From positions 774,727 to 838,726 of the forward strand of contig CP065013.1 in the NCBI GenBank assembly GCA_016700315.1: a stretch of DNA of 64,000 bases, in the 5' to 3' direction. The DNA is from Candidatus Saccharimonadota bacterium. Lineage in GTDB: Bacteria > Patescibacteriota > Saccharimonadia > Saccharimonadales > SZUA-47. Below are positions 37,921-48,057 of the stretch, in pieces (within the stretch, counting starts at the first letter, position 1; each line of letters starts with the position of its first letter). The notes beneath the pieces were generated by a model. That model made no database searches and had not been told where the DNA came from. It was given only the letters and a program-made list of their open reading frames with translations. The translations under genes were made by a program, and so were the position numbers.

Positions 37921-38448
37921 ATGGCGGATTTTAACCAAGTTTTAACACCGGGCGATGTTGATAATGGAGTCATCAATACAGTAATTGAAATACCAAAATG
38001 GTCAACGCTCAAGATAGAGTGGAACCGTAAGGTGGCAGCTTTTCAGCTTGACCGCGTGGAGCCTAGTATTTTTGCCAAGCCTGTTAATTACGGCTTTATT
38101 CCTCAGACTCTAGATGAAGACGGCGATGAGTTGGATACGCTCGTGCTTACCAATGATCCGATCCCGACCGGGGTATTCTTGGAGGCGACGGTAATAGGTG
38201 TGCTCAAGTTTGAAGACGACGGAGAGGTCGATGACAAAATCATCTGTGTGCCGGCTGATGATCGCAACACCGATAATGCCATTAGTTCAATTGATGATCT
38301 ACACGCGCGCTGGCGTCAGAAAATCGAGCATCATTTTACCCATTACAAAGATTTGAAGAAACCCGGAAGCACGAAAGTTATCGGTTGGGGTGACGCCGAA
38401 GAGGCCAAACGGATTATTAAAGAGTGCATCACCCGATATAGTAAATAG
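37921..38448 (+). CDS. ppa: inorganic pyrophosphatase (family I)
   Basis: Family I PPase size and DEDGDELD / KFEDDGEVDDKI acidic active-site clusters. Confidence 0.85.
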   Translation: MADFNQVLTPGDVDNGVINTVIEIPKWSTLKIEWNRKVAAFQLDRVEPSIFAKPVNYGFIPQTLDEDGDELDTLVLTNDPIPTGVFLEATVIGVLKFEDDGEVDDKIICVPADDRNTDNAISSIDDLHARWRQKIEHHFTHYKDLKKPGSTKVIGWGDAEEAKRIIKECITRYSK

Positions 38449-39036
38449 ATGAAAAAGATAATACCGACCGGAGTAAACCTAATACCAGATCGCGCCTCTA
38501 AAGTTTTTACTGGAAAAATTTTTGATGTTTATCAGTGGGATCAAACGCTCTATGATGGGTCTAGTGGTGTATTCGAAGCACTAAAGCGTCCAGACACAGT
38601 ATCGGTGTTCGCTGTAGTTAATGACAAAATCATCATATTAGAAGATGAGCAGCCACACCGTTCGATGGTCATAGCTTTGCCAGGAGGTCGTGTGGACTTT
38701 GACGATACCTCTACGCTTGAAGCGGCAAAGCGCGAAGTAAAAGAAGAGACAGGCTATGAGTTCGCTGATTGGAAGTTGGTATACGTAAATAAACCCTTAG
38801 AAAAAATAGAGTGGTTTATATACACATACATAGCAAGTGGGGTGAAAAAAATTAGCGAGCCACATATCGACGCTGGAGAAAAAATAAAAGTTAAATTTTT
38901 GTCTTTCGAAGAGGTTAAAAACCTGGCACTAAAAGGCGAAAAAAGATTTACCGAGCAAGATGTGCTGATTAAGGCTAGTGGTTTAAGGTCGTTTTTGGAG
39001 GCACCGGAGTTTGTCGGCGTAGAAGTTGACAGGTAA
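38449..39036 (+). CDS. NUDIX hydrolase
   Basis: GGRVDFDDTSTLEAAKREVKEETGYE Nudix box. Confidence 0.7.
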   Translation: MKKIIPTGVNLIPDRASKVFTGKIFDVYQWDQTLYDGSSGVFEALKRPDTVSVFAVVNDKIIILEDEQPHRSMVIALPGGRVDFDDTSTLEAAKREVKEETGYEFADWKLVYVNKPLEKIEWFIYTYIASGVKKISEPHIDAGEKIKVKFLSFEEVKNLALKGEKRFTEQDVLIKASGLRSFLEAPEFVGVEVDR

Positions 39037-39131
39037 AATCCCTTTGTTCAATACATATCTCATTGTCTATTCTTTTCTAAACTCGTACAATAAAGCCATA
39101 AGCATTAAAAACTTAAGGTGGAGATAACTAA

Positions 39132-40142
39132 ATGAAAACAAAAGTTGCAATTAATGGATTCGGACGAATTGGCCGTAACGCCTTTAGAATAGCCTTTGAC
39201 AGAAGTGACGTAGAAATTGTCGGGATTAACGATCTGACAGATACCAAGACGTTAGCGCACCTGCTTAAGTACGATACAAGCTACGGCAAGTATCATCACG
39301 AAGTCGCGCATGACGACACCCACATTATTGTCAAGGGAGTCAAGATCCCAATTAGCGCCGAAAAAGACCCTTCAGTGTTGCCGTGGAAGAAGCTGGGCGT
39401 TGACGTTGTGATTGAATCGACCGGGCGCTTTACCAAGGGTGAAGACGCCATGGCGCATATCAAAGCCGGTGCCCGCAAAGTCGTTATCAGCGCTCCTGCC
39501 AAAGGCGATGATGTCCAAACACTGGTAATCGGCGCCAATGAAGACGAAATGTCCAAGAGCGGTCCGATTGTCAGCAACGCTTCCTGCACAACAAACTCGG
39601 TTGCGGCAGTGATGGATATTATGGATCGTGAGTTTGGCGTCGAAAAAGCCATGCTAACAACGGTGCACAGTTACACTGCCAGTCAGGTGCTTCAAGATGC
39701 CCCGGCAAAAGATCTCCGCGAAGGCCGTGCAGCAGCAGAAAACATAGTCCCGACTACTACGGGGGCAGCAATTGCAGTTGCCTTGACGGTGCCTAACCTC
39801 AAGGGTAGGTTCGATGGACTAAGCATCCGAGTACCTACCCCAGTTGTTTCGATTAGTGACGTCACAATGGTGCTAAAGCGCGATACCACCAAAGAAGAAA
39901 TAAACGAAGTTTTTAAGAAGGCTGCCAAAGAGCCTTACTATCAGGGAATAGTAGGTGTTAGTGAAGAACCTTTGGTGAGCAAAGACTATGTTGGAAATAG
40001 CCATTCTGGTGTGGTTGACCTGTTACTCACTAATGTTGTTGCCGGAAACCTGGTCAAAGTAGTTGTCTGGTATGACAACGAATGGGGCTACTCTAATCGT
40101 TTAGTTGAGCTAGTAGCTGATATTGGCAAAGCACTAAAGTAA
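39132..40142 (+). CDS. gap: glyceraldehyde-3-phosphate dehydrogenase
   Basis: INGFGRIGR, SNASCTTNS catalytic Cys, WYDNEWGYS. Confidence 0.9.
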   Translation: MKTKVAINGFGRIGRNAFRIAFDRSDVEIVGINDLTDTKTLAHLLKYDTSYGKYHHEVAHDDTHIIVKGVKIPISAEKDPSVLPWKKLGVDVVIESTGRFTKGEDAMAHIKAGARKVVISAPAKGDDVQTLVIGANEDEMSKSGPIVSNASCTTNSVAAVMDIMDREFGVEKAMLTTVHSYTASQVLQDAPAKDLREGRAAAENIVPTTTGAAIAVALTVPNLKGRFDGLSIRVPTPVVSISDVTMVLKRDTTKEEINEVFKKAAKEPYYQGIVGVSEEPLVSKDYVGNSHSGVVDLLLTNVVAGNLVKVVVWYDNEWGYSNRLVELVADIGKALK

Positions 40143-40274
40143 AAATCTAAATGATAAATTCTAAATTCTAAAAAGACAGGAAATTTAGAAAATGCTAGTG
40201 AGAAACATCGTAATAGCGTCATCATTCATCATTCATCATTCGTCATTCAACGACTCTATATCGGAGCTACACTG

Positions 40275-40724
40275 ATGAAGATTTATCTTGGTAGCGATCA
40301 TAATGGTTTTCGGCTTAAGGCGACTTTAGTTGATCATCTTAAGCGCTCTGGTTATGAAGTGGTTGATGATGGCCCAGATAAACTTGATCCAAATGATGAC
40401 TTTCCAGTTTTTGCCGCAAAGGTAGTTACTGCTGTACTTGGCTCTGACGACAAAGATGCGCGAGGGATTTTGATTTGTGGCAGCGGGCAGGGAATGGTTA
40501 TGGCGGCTAACAGGCACCGTGGGATTAGGGCTGCCTTGATTTACGATCGTGAGTCGGCGCGTAGTTCTCGTAACGATGACGACGCGAATGTGATGGCGCT
40601 GCCAGCGCATCTACTCGCAGGCGACTTGCATGAGGCATCGGTAATTGTAGAAATCTTTATGCTTACGCCGTTTGCTGCAGCTGAGCGCTTCAAGCGCCGC
40701 ATCCAAGAACTCGATAACCTCTAA
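40275..40724 (+). CDS. rpiB: ribose-5-phosphate isomerase B
   Basis: MKIYLGSDHNGF...ILICGSGQGM LacAB/RpiB motifs. Confidence 0.85.
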   Translation: MKIYLGSDHNGFRLKATLVDHLKRSGYEVVDDGPDKLDPNDDFPVFAAKVVTAVLGSDDKDARGILICGSGQGMVMAANRHRGIRAALIYDRESARSSRNDDDANVMALPAHLLAGDLHEASVIVEIFMLTPFAAAERFKRRIQELDNL

Positions 40725-40873
40725 GCCTAAAACTCTTCAAGGCTCCAATCGTAATATTTGGGAGCAACTCAATTTGCATGAATGTACGACATAAAAACCA
40801 CGATCGTGGTTTTTATGTTGACACACCGCTGTAACCTTATAGGGGTTAAAGGTTTTTGGGGTATAATTTGGGT

Positions 40874-41509
40874 ATGAGTAGAATTTGTCCGACTGTGACG
40901 GCCAATGATTTACATGAATACCGCGAGCAGCTGGAGCGAGTTGAGAGCTTTGCTGAGCGGGTGCATATTGATCTTATGGACGGTAAGCTTGCGCCGACAA
41001 TGTCGCCAGCACTAAGCGAGATTTGGCTGTCTGAAAAACTAATTTGTGATATCCACTTGATGTACCAGAATCCGAGTGACTTCATCAAGGGGTTGGTAGC
41101 TCTTAAGCCGAACATGGTGATTGTACATGCTGAAATACATGAAGCAAATGATCTTCCCTTTATGGCGACTCAGTTACGTGAAGCTGGGATAAAGTTCGGT
41201 TTAGCCTTGCTGCCTCAGACTAGTGTCGAATCAATAAAATACTTACTGCCTCACTGTCAGGCAGCATTGGTATTTGCAGGCAAACTAGGTTATCACGGAG
41301 GCGAGGCCGACTTGTCACAGCTAAACAAAATTAAAGAGCTCAAAGACGAACATCGCTGGTTAGAAATTCACTGGGACGGCGGCGTTAATGGTAAAAACAC
41401 TAAGCAGATTGTCGAAGCCGGGGTAGATGTTCTGAACGTCGGTGGGTTTATCCAGAAATCAGAAAACCCAAAAGAGAGTTACAAAAAATTACAAACTATT
41501 CTGAACTAG
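40874..41509 (+). CDS. rpe: ribulose-phosphate 3-epimerase-like TIM-barrel protein
   Basis: HIDLMDGKLAP and WDGGVN...AGVDVLNVGGFI resemble Rpe metal/phosphate-binding motifs; sits in a pentose-phosphate cluster. Confidence 0.55.
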   Translation: MSRICPTVTANDLHEYREQLERVESFAERVHIDLMDGKLAPTMSPALSEIWLSEKLICDIHLMYQNPSDFIKGLVALKPNMVIVHAEIHEANDLPFMATQLREAGIKFGLALLPQTSVESIKYLLPHCQAALVFAGKLGYHGGEADLSQLNKIKELKDEHRWLEIHWDGGVNGKNTKQIVEAGVDVLNVGGFIQKSENPKESYKKLQTILN

Positions 41510-42465
41510 CTTTTTTGACTTTTAAAGTAGGCCAGTAGAACTGGTGCACCAAGCTTGTTAGCGAATTCTCGGTGTTGCTTGGCCGTCTTGATGTCGGCAA
41601 TTCTCCCTCTTACATAGGCGAGTCTTTCGGCGCGGCCTTTTGCGCGTAGGTCAGAGGTTCTTCTGATTGATTTGAGGGAAATTGGTGTGCCGCCAGCTTC
41701 GGTTCTCTCCGCTACGGCGATTATAGAGGACTCGATGGGAAGGATAAGCCAATCTATATACTTACCGCTATTTAAGTTTTTAAGCACAGTTTCCCATATA
41801 CCCAGTTTCTGACACAATAACTTCTTTAGCTTTATTGATTCCGGAGCGTAGCTAATCGCCGAGGCAAACGAGTTAACAAGTTTAGCTCCATCAATTCCAA
41901 GAGCCTTAAAGTTCTCCATCTTCTCTGCCACTGATTCCGGAGCGTAGCTAATCGCCGAGGCAAACGAGTTAACAAGTTTAGCTCCATCAATTCCAAGAGC
42001 CTTAAAGTTCTCCATCTTCTCTGCCACTGATTCCGGTGCGTAACTAATCGCAGAAGCAAACGAGTTAACAAGTTTAGGAATATTAATACTGTATTGATTA
42101 TAGGTTCTAAAGGTTGCAAGCACTGTAGCGAGAGGCATAAGGGTATGTTTTTGATTCTCGAAGTTTGTTCTGCCGTTTGGGGCCTCAATGCCTTCTGGCG
42201 TATAGGGCATGTCAGTCAAGTCAAAAAAGTTTCTGCGTGCCAAAAGTGCTTGAGAGTAGTCTACTGGTTTGTGTGTAAGGTGTTCGACGTCGCTTCCTAG
42301 TAGCTCATTGAGCTGAATAAGCACACCAACGTCTGGTTCAATGCCACAGTTTATTAGCCAGCCAGCATCTAGCTCAGCTGAGACACTCTGGGCGCGTTCA
42401 AAAGCTGCTGCCGATGTGGGTGGCATATCAAATCGCTTGAGTTCGGGGGATACAACTACTGACAT
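41506..42465 (-). CDS. hypothetical protein with three 32-aa internal repeats
   Basis: SVAEKMENFKALGIDGAKLVNSFASAISYAPE repeated about three times. Confidence 0.5.
   Translation of the reverse strand: MSVVVSPELKRFDMPPTSAAAFERAQSVSAELDAGWLINCGIEPDVGVLIQLNELLGSDVEHLTHKPVDYSQALLARRNFFDLTDMPYTPEGIEAPNGRTNFENQKHTLMPLATVLATFRTYNQYSINIPKLVNSFASAISYAPESVAEKMENFKALGIDGAKLVNSFASAISYAPESVAEKMENFKALGIDGAKLVNSFASAISYAPESIKLKKLLCQKLGIWETVLKNLNSGKYIDWLILPIESSIIAVAERTEAGGTPISLKSIRRTSDLRAKGRAERLAYVRGRIADIKTAKQHREFANKLGAPVLLAYFKSQKS
41839..42080. repeat. 96-nt tandem repeat (about 2.5 copies) inside the CDS
   Basis: ttccggagcgtagctaatcgccgaggcaaacgagttaacaag... recurs at 41839, 41935 and 42031. Confidence 0.8.
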
Positions 42466-42525
42466 TCATAATATCGCACAATTAAGTTCTATATAAGTCA
42501 ATACTTTGTTACAATCATAAGCAGA

Positions 42526-43404
42526 ATGAGTGAGCCAAAGAATTTTAATAAGACTAAACGTAGTCTTGAAGACCTTGAGTTGATTGCCGATGATATGCGA
42601 ATCGACATTATCAAGATGCTTGAGGTAGCTGGTAGCGGGCACTCAGCCGGGCCGCTCGGTTTGGCCGATATATTTACGGCGCTATATTTTGACGTAATGA
42701 AACATGACCCTAAGAACCCTGATTGGGAAGATCGAGATATTCTCATCTTGAGTAACGGTCATTGTGCGCCGGTATTATATGCTGCGATGGCAGCGAGCGG
42801 TTACTTTGAGAAAAGCGAGCTGAAAACCCTCAGAAAGTTCGGTTCTAGGCTGCAGGGTCACCCAGAGAGAACTAAACTTCCGGGGCTTGAAACAACAAGT
42901 GGACCCTTGGGTTGCGGGCTCAGTCAGGCGGCTGGTATGGCGCTTGCGCTTCGAATGGACAAAGACATGCACCGTTGGATTTATGTTGTGATGGGAGATG
43001 GTGAGCAGAATGAAGGTAACGTTTGGGAAGCGGCGATGTTGGCAGCAAAGTATCAGCTGAACAACATCATTGCCATTACAGACCGAAATTATATACAGAT
43101 TGACGGTAACACCGAAAACGTCATGCCTCTAGAGGACCTTAAGGCCAAGTGGGAGTCATTTGGCTGGCATGTGATCGACATAAATGGTAATGACATTGAA
43201 GCTGTAATAGATGCTTGCGCAATGGCTCGGGCGGTGGCCGACAAACCTATTATGATTTTGGCCCATACTATTCCTGGCAAGGGTGTTGATTTTATGGAGT
43301 ATGACTTCCATTGGCACGGTAAACCGCCTAATCATGAGGAGGCTAAAAAGGCACTGCATGAACTGAGGACTTTGAAGGGGAAGATTAGGAGCGAACATGA
43401 GTAG
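42526..43404 (+). CDS. tkt: transketolase, N-terminal (TPP-binding) subunit of a split enzyme
   Basis: GHSAGPLG, GDGEQNEG, split arrangement as in archaea and some bacteria. Confidence 0.85.
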   Translation: MSEPKNFNKTKRSLEDLELIADDMRIDIIKMLEVAGSGHSAGPLGLADIFTALYFDVMKHDPKNPDWEDRDILILSNGHCAPVLYAAMAASGYFEKSELKTLRKFGSRLQGHPERTKLPGLETTSGPLGCGLSQAAGMALALRMDKDMHRWIYVVMGDGEQNEGNVWEAAMLAAKYQLNNIIAITDRNYIQIDGNTENVMPLEDLKAKWESFGWHVIDINGNDIEAVIDACAMARAVADKPIMILAHTIPGKGVDFMEYDFHWHGKPPNHEEAKKALHELRTLKGKIRSEHE

Positions 43405-43542
43405 CCGCTCGCATTTGAACACGCAGGCAGCGTTTTCGCGCGAAGAGGCATTAGCCTCTTCGGCTGCACTTCGCCTAACTACCTGCTTAGTCAAATCCTC
43501 GCTCTTTAGTAGGCGATTAACTCTTCTGTCTGGAGATGGAAT

Positions 43543-44520
43543 ATGAGTAGTTTGTTTCTTAATTCTTTGTCAGATGATATGCCGAAAGAGCCGACCCGAA
43601 AAGGTTTTGGACGGGGCTTAAAAAAGGCAGGTGAACTTGATGAAAACGTCGTGGCGGCATGTGCCGATCTTACTGAGTCTACACAGATAAGCATTTTTGC
43701 TGAAGCGTTTCCCGAAAGATTTGTCGAGGTTGGCATTGGCGAGCAAAACCTGGCTACCGTGGGCGCGGGGTTGGCTAAGATGGGTAAAATACCTTTTGTC
43801 GCGAGCTATGCGGCTTTTAGCCCAGGGCGCAACTGGGAACAGATCAAGACGACTGCGGCTCTCAACGAGCTTCCGGTCAAGATTGTTGGAGCGCATGCAG
43901 GACTATACACAGGTGCTGACGGAGCTACTCACCAGATGCTTGAGGACATTGCTTTGATGCGTGTCATGCCAAATATGGTTGTAGTAGTGCCTGCTGACTC
44001 AATCGAGGCTGAGAAAGCTACTTTGGCGCTTGCGGCAGACAAAAAGCACCCAGGCTATATCCGACTTGCTCGTGAGGCAACACCAATTATGACAACTGAA
44101 CAAACACCGTTTGAAATTGGCAAAGCTCAGGTTTGGAGCGAAGGATCCGACGTGACGATTATCTCAACTGGTCCAATGACTTATATCGCACTTCAGGCGG
44201 CGGAAAAGCTGTTTAAAGACGGCATAGATGCCGAGGTTGTACATGTGGCGACAATAAAGCCACTTGATGCGGCCACCATTTTGACTAGTGTGCGCAAGAC
44301 TGGTTATGTAGTGACGGTAGAAGAAGCGCAAATTGCGGGCGGGCTCGGTGGCGCAGTGGCTGAGCTGCTAGGAGAGAACTTGCCAACGCCGATGAGGCGA
44401 ATCGGAGTACGCGATAAATATGGTGAATCGGGTAAGCCAGATGAGCTTTTTAAACTTCACGGACTGACAGACAAGCACATAGCTATTACGGTTCATGAAC
44501 TTCTCAACAATAATCGTTGA
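43543..44520 (+). CDS. tkt: transketolase, C-terminal (pyrimidine-binding) subunit
   Basis: GIGEQNLATVGAGLA Pyr-domain motif and C-terminal TKC domain. Confidence 0.85.
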   Translation: MSSLFLNSLSDDMPKEPTRKGFGRGLKKAGELDENVVAACADLTESTQISIFAEAFPERFVEVGIGEQNLATVGAGLAKMGKIPFVASYAAFSPGRNWEQIKTTAALNELPVKIVGAHAGLYTGADGATHQMLEDIALMRVMPNMVVVVPADSIEAEKATLALAADKKHPGYIRLAREATPIMTTEQTPFEIGKAQVWSEGSDVTIISTGPMTYIALQAAEKLFKDGIDAEVVHVATIKPLDAATILTSVRKTGYVVTVEEAQIAGGLGGAVAELLGENLPTPMRRIGVRDKYGESGKPDELFKLHGLTDKHIAITVHELLNNNR

Positions 44521-44579
44521 CTGCCCAAGCTTAAGCACTTACAATATAACTAACTAATGGTGGGAGATTCTATTAACTT

Positions 44580-45491
44580 ATGTCGCAAAGTCTGAGACAG
44601 ATTAGGGAAAACTGCGCAAAAGCACGAGAGCTGATGCAGCGAGCACATGCTCAGAAGTTTGCGGTCGGCGCCTTTAATATCGACAATCAAGAAACGCTAA
44701 TTGCTGTTTGTCGAGCTGCTCAGAAACACAACTCACCAGTATTGGTCGAAGTTAGTAAGGGTGAAGTGGATGCTATCGGTCTCGAAAACGTTCGGGACAT
44801 GGTTGATAATTACAAACAGCAGTTCGGCATTGAAATATATGTAAACCTCGATCACAGCCCAACTGTTGCCGACGCTATTGCTGGAATCGAGGCGGGCTTC
44901 GAATTTATCCATATCGATGTCAGCCAAGCGAACCACGATGCTAGCGAAGAACAGATTATCGAGGCCACTAAACAAGTCGTGACTTGTGCCAAACTAACTG
45001 GCGCGATCGTAGAAAGTGAACCACATTACTTTGGTGGTAGTAGCAATATTCACAGCGAAGCCTTTGACTACAATGAGGTCAAAAAGACATTCAGTACGCC
45101 CGAAGGAGCCAAGCATTTTGTCGAAGCGACAGGCATAGATACTTTTGCGGCCGCGATTGGTAATTTGCATGGTCTGTACCCTGTGCCAAAAGTATTGGAC
45201 ATCGAACTACTAAAACGTGTTAGAGAAGCGATTGGGTGCAATATCAGTTTGCACGGTGGCAGCGGCACGCCTGGGAATTATTTTGAAGAAGCAGTTAAGG
45301 TTGGAGTACAAAAAATCAATATCAATAGCGATATGCGCAAGGCTTACCGCGATACACTTGAAAAAGTTTTAGCCGACAATAAAACAGAGTATGCCGTCGT
45401 TAAACTTATGAAGGAAGTTGAGGATGCTGTCCAGGCTGTAGTAGAAAGTAAAATCGCTTTATTTAATAGTGCCGGCAAAGCGAGGCCTTAA
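44580..45491 (+). CDS. fba: class II fructose-bisphosphate aldolase
   Basis: FNIDNQETL, NLDHS, LHGGSG zinc/cation-binding motifs. Confidence 0.85.
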   Translation: MSQSLRQIRENCAKARELMQRAHAQKFAVGAFNIDNQETLIAVCRAAQKHNSPVLVEVSKGEVDAIGLENVRDMVDNYKQQFGIEIYVNLDHSPTVADAIAGIEAGFEFIHIDVSQANHDASEEQIIEATKQVVTCAKLTGAIVESEPHYFGGSSNIHSEAFDYNEVKKTFSTPEGAKHFVEATGIDTFAAAIGNLHGLYPVPKVLDIELLKRVREAIGCNISLHGGSGTPGNYFEEAVKVGVQKININSDMRKAYRDTLEKVLADNKTEYAVVKLMKEVEDAVQAVVESKIALFNSAGKARP

Positions 45492-45612
45492 TAATGTATT
45501 TAGCAGGAAGCAAGGAACAGGTGACAGAAAATTTTCAGGTATCAGGCGGCAGACTGAAGACAGAAGTTTTAGTCTGTAAAATGCTAAATGCTAAATTTCT
45601 GCAAGATGCTAA

Positions 45613-46666
45613 GTGTTGTTTGACAAATTTAAGTTCTGGAGGTGTCAAGTGAGTGATAGCGAAAAAAGACAGTTAGACGTTTTGTCGGTAGGAGACGTAG
45701 TTACTGATGCCTTTATCAAACTAATTGACGATAAGGCTTGGTCTTATAAAGACGAAAACGGAATGAAAGTGCTCGCTATGGAGTATGGCACTAAAACACC
45801 TTACGATCATGCTGAAGTTCTTGAGGGTGTCGGCAATGCCGCCAACGCCGCTGTTTCCTTTTCGCGGCTTGGGCTAGACTCAGGTTTGGTTAGTAATGTT
45901 GGTAGCGACTCTTGGGGTCGGGACATCATAAATGCGCTCCAGAAAAAGAAGGTAGACACCCGCTTTGTCCACGTCAATCACGGCAAGAAGAGTAACTATC
46001 ACTATGTACTCTGGTACAAAGAAGAACGGACAATTCTGATAAAACACGAGCAATACTGATTATGATTGGCCACGTTTTCGAAAAAGTGATCTGCCAAAGT
46101 GGGTTTACTTCAGCTCGGTTAGCGATAATGCGCTGCCTTATCATGACGAAATCGCTGAGTGGCTTGAGGAAAACCCTTCTGTCAAATTTGCCTTTCAGCC
46201 TGGAACTTTCCAGATAAAAGCTGGTGCAGAGCGGCTGAAGGCGCTCTATAGGCGTGCGGAGATACTGTTCCTTAACCGTGAGGAGGCAGTAACTGTCGGT
46301 GGCGGTGACTATGATAATATGCATGACTTATTCGATAAACTACATGCTCTTGGCCCAAAGAACGTTGTTATAACAGATGGGCCGGCTGGTAGTTACGCCA
46401 GTGACGGTACTAATAGGTTTAAGATGATCAACTACCCAGACCCGGCACCACCATTTGAACGTACCGGAGCTGGCGATGCCTATGCTTCGACATTTGTGGC
46501 GGCACTGATAAAAGGCGCTGACTTACAAGGTGCCATGCTCTGGGCGCCGATTAACTCTATGAACGTTGTCCAGCACACTGGCGCTCAAGCCGGGTTGCTA
46601 ACGACTAAGGAGATCGACTACTACCTACGAAATGCTCCAGCCAACTATCGTCCTGAAGTACTTTAG
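45613..46666 (+). pseudogene. PfkB-family carbohydrate kinase interrupted by a +1 frameshift near 46057
   Basis: N-terminal half (GNAANAAVSFSRLG) ends ...KHEQY*; frame 2 continues DYDWPRF... through the GAGDAY anion hole; deleting one T at 46057 restores EQYDYDW. Confidence 0.6.
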
Positions 46667-46679
46667 TTAGAAAATTCAT

Positions 46680-47915
46680 ATGAGCAGAATAATACGAGAA
46701 CTCTATGTCGAACCCGAACAAGCTAAGCAGCTTCTAGCGAGGCTTGAGCAGCTCAGCGGCAATAATGGGATAGACATTGTTTTGGCTACCGAGTTAGCCT
46801 CGACTCTCAAGCAAACATTTATCGAGCTAAAACTCGACCCTAAAGACACATCTTTGAAAGAGTTATATGCTGCTCTTCTAGCTAGGCTAAATCGAGACGA
46901 AACTAGTTTTGTTGATGAGCTAAGTTTAACTACCACAAGTGAGCAAGAATTCGTGGATAAATTATCTTTTAAACTCAATCAGGTTTTTAGTACCAAAATG
47001 CTGCTTGTACCGAAAAGAAGTGTCGTAAAATCAATCCTAAAAAAACTACCACCAAAAAATGCCCTAAAGCTTCTACACTATCGGTCGCTCGATTCGGCAC
47101 TAAGACGTTGCCCAGAGTCGGTGCTTATGGCAGCATGTGAATTAACGGAGTCGAAAAAATGGCTTATTTCTTTTAATGAAGCGATTGATAGGCTCAAGAG
47201 TAACGATTTTGAAAAACGTGCGATTGAATACTCTAGCGTTGATGATAAAAAATGGAGAATGTTACACGCTAAACTCATATCTCGTAGCGGACACTCTGTT
47301 TACCGAGTCAATGTTGCGGGAGGGATTATTATCGTGCCTTCGTCACACGAGCTAAAGCCTGGTGTTGCAAGCTTGACGCTTGCGGCTTGCATCAGTGCTA
47401 CACAAAAACTCAGAATTCATAGTAGTTTCACGGTTAGAGTTCTACTCGACGAGTCTGTGCCGACCAGCATAAGCGAACATCTTAATGACCTGGATCAAGG
47501 CTCGTTGGTTATCAGGAGTGTACATTTTGGATGGCAAGATCTGCATCATCATTTAGTAGAATCGTCTCGATCATTAGCTCTTTTTGAGCCGCACATCACA
47601 GAATCAGATATAGAAGGCGATAGCTTCGTACAACTTCTAAATAATGTAACCAAGGCTTATGGTTGGTGGCTTAGCCGGCTGGCGGTTGGGTACAACGAGG
47701 GTAGCATAACAGTTTCGTGTAATATCTACGATATGGCCCGCAATCTCGCCTTTTCGCGTGAGTTTGGACAGCATACATTAGTTGCTATGCGTCGAGAAAT
47801 AGATCATCTGCTTAGATCTCGCTACTTGAAAAATGACATACTCCAAAGCAGAATATATGACATGTTAAACGCCGCGAGCAATTTCGGCACTTCCGCAGAT
47901 TTCAACGATATATAA
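46680..47915 (+). CDS. hypothetical protein
   Basis: 411-aa ORF, no recognisable motif. Confidence 0.5.
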   Translation: MSRIIRELYVEPEQAKQLLARLEQLSGNNGIDIVLATELASTLKQTFIELKLDPKDTSLKELYAALLARLNRDETSFVDELSLTTTSEQEFVDKLSFKLNQVFSTKMLLVPKRSVVKSILKKLPPKNALKLLHYRSLDSALRRCPESVLMAACELTESKKWLISFNEAIDRLKSNDFEKRAIEYSSVDDKKWRMLHAKLISRSGHSVYRVNVAGGIIIVPSSHELKPGVASLTLAACISATQKLRIHSSFTVRVLLDESVPTSISEHLNDLDQGSLVIRSVHFGWQDLHHHLVESSRSLALFEPHITESDIEGDSFVQLLNNVTKAYGWWLSRLAVGYNEGSITVSCNIYDMARNLAFSREFGQHTLVAMRREIDHLLRSRYLKNDILQSRIYDMLNAASNFGTSADFNDI

Positions 47916-47933
47916 TCTGTCGCCAATCACTAT

Positions 47934-48056
47934 CAGGAATTACGTGTTTAGTGCATTTTCGGATGAAAATCGAGTACCGAAAGCCGAGCCGTACTTAACG
48001 TACGGTGAGCGCGGAACGGAGATTTGCGCCAAAAAGGTGCAAGCGCGTAATTCCTG
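47934..48056 (+). repeat. 123-nt element, copy 2 of the 28187-28308 element
   Basis: About 92% identical to copy 1 in the same orientation; terminal stem maintained with a G-U instead of a mismatch. Confidence 0.6.
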
Positions 48057-48057
48057 A

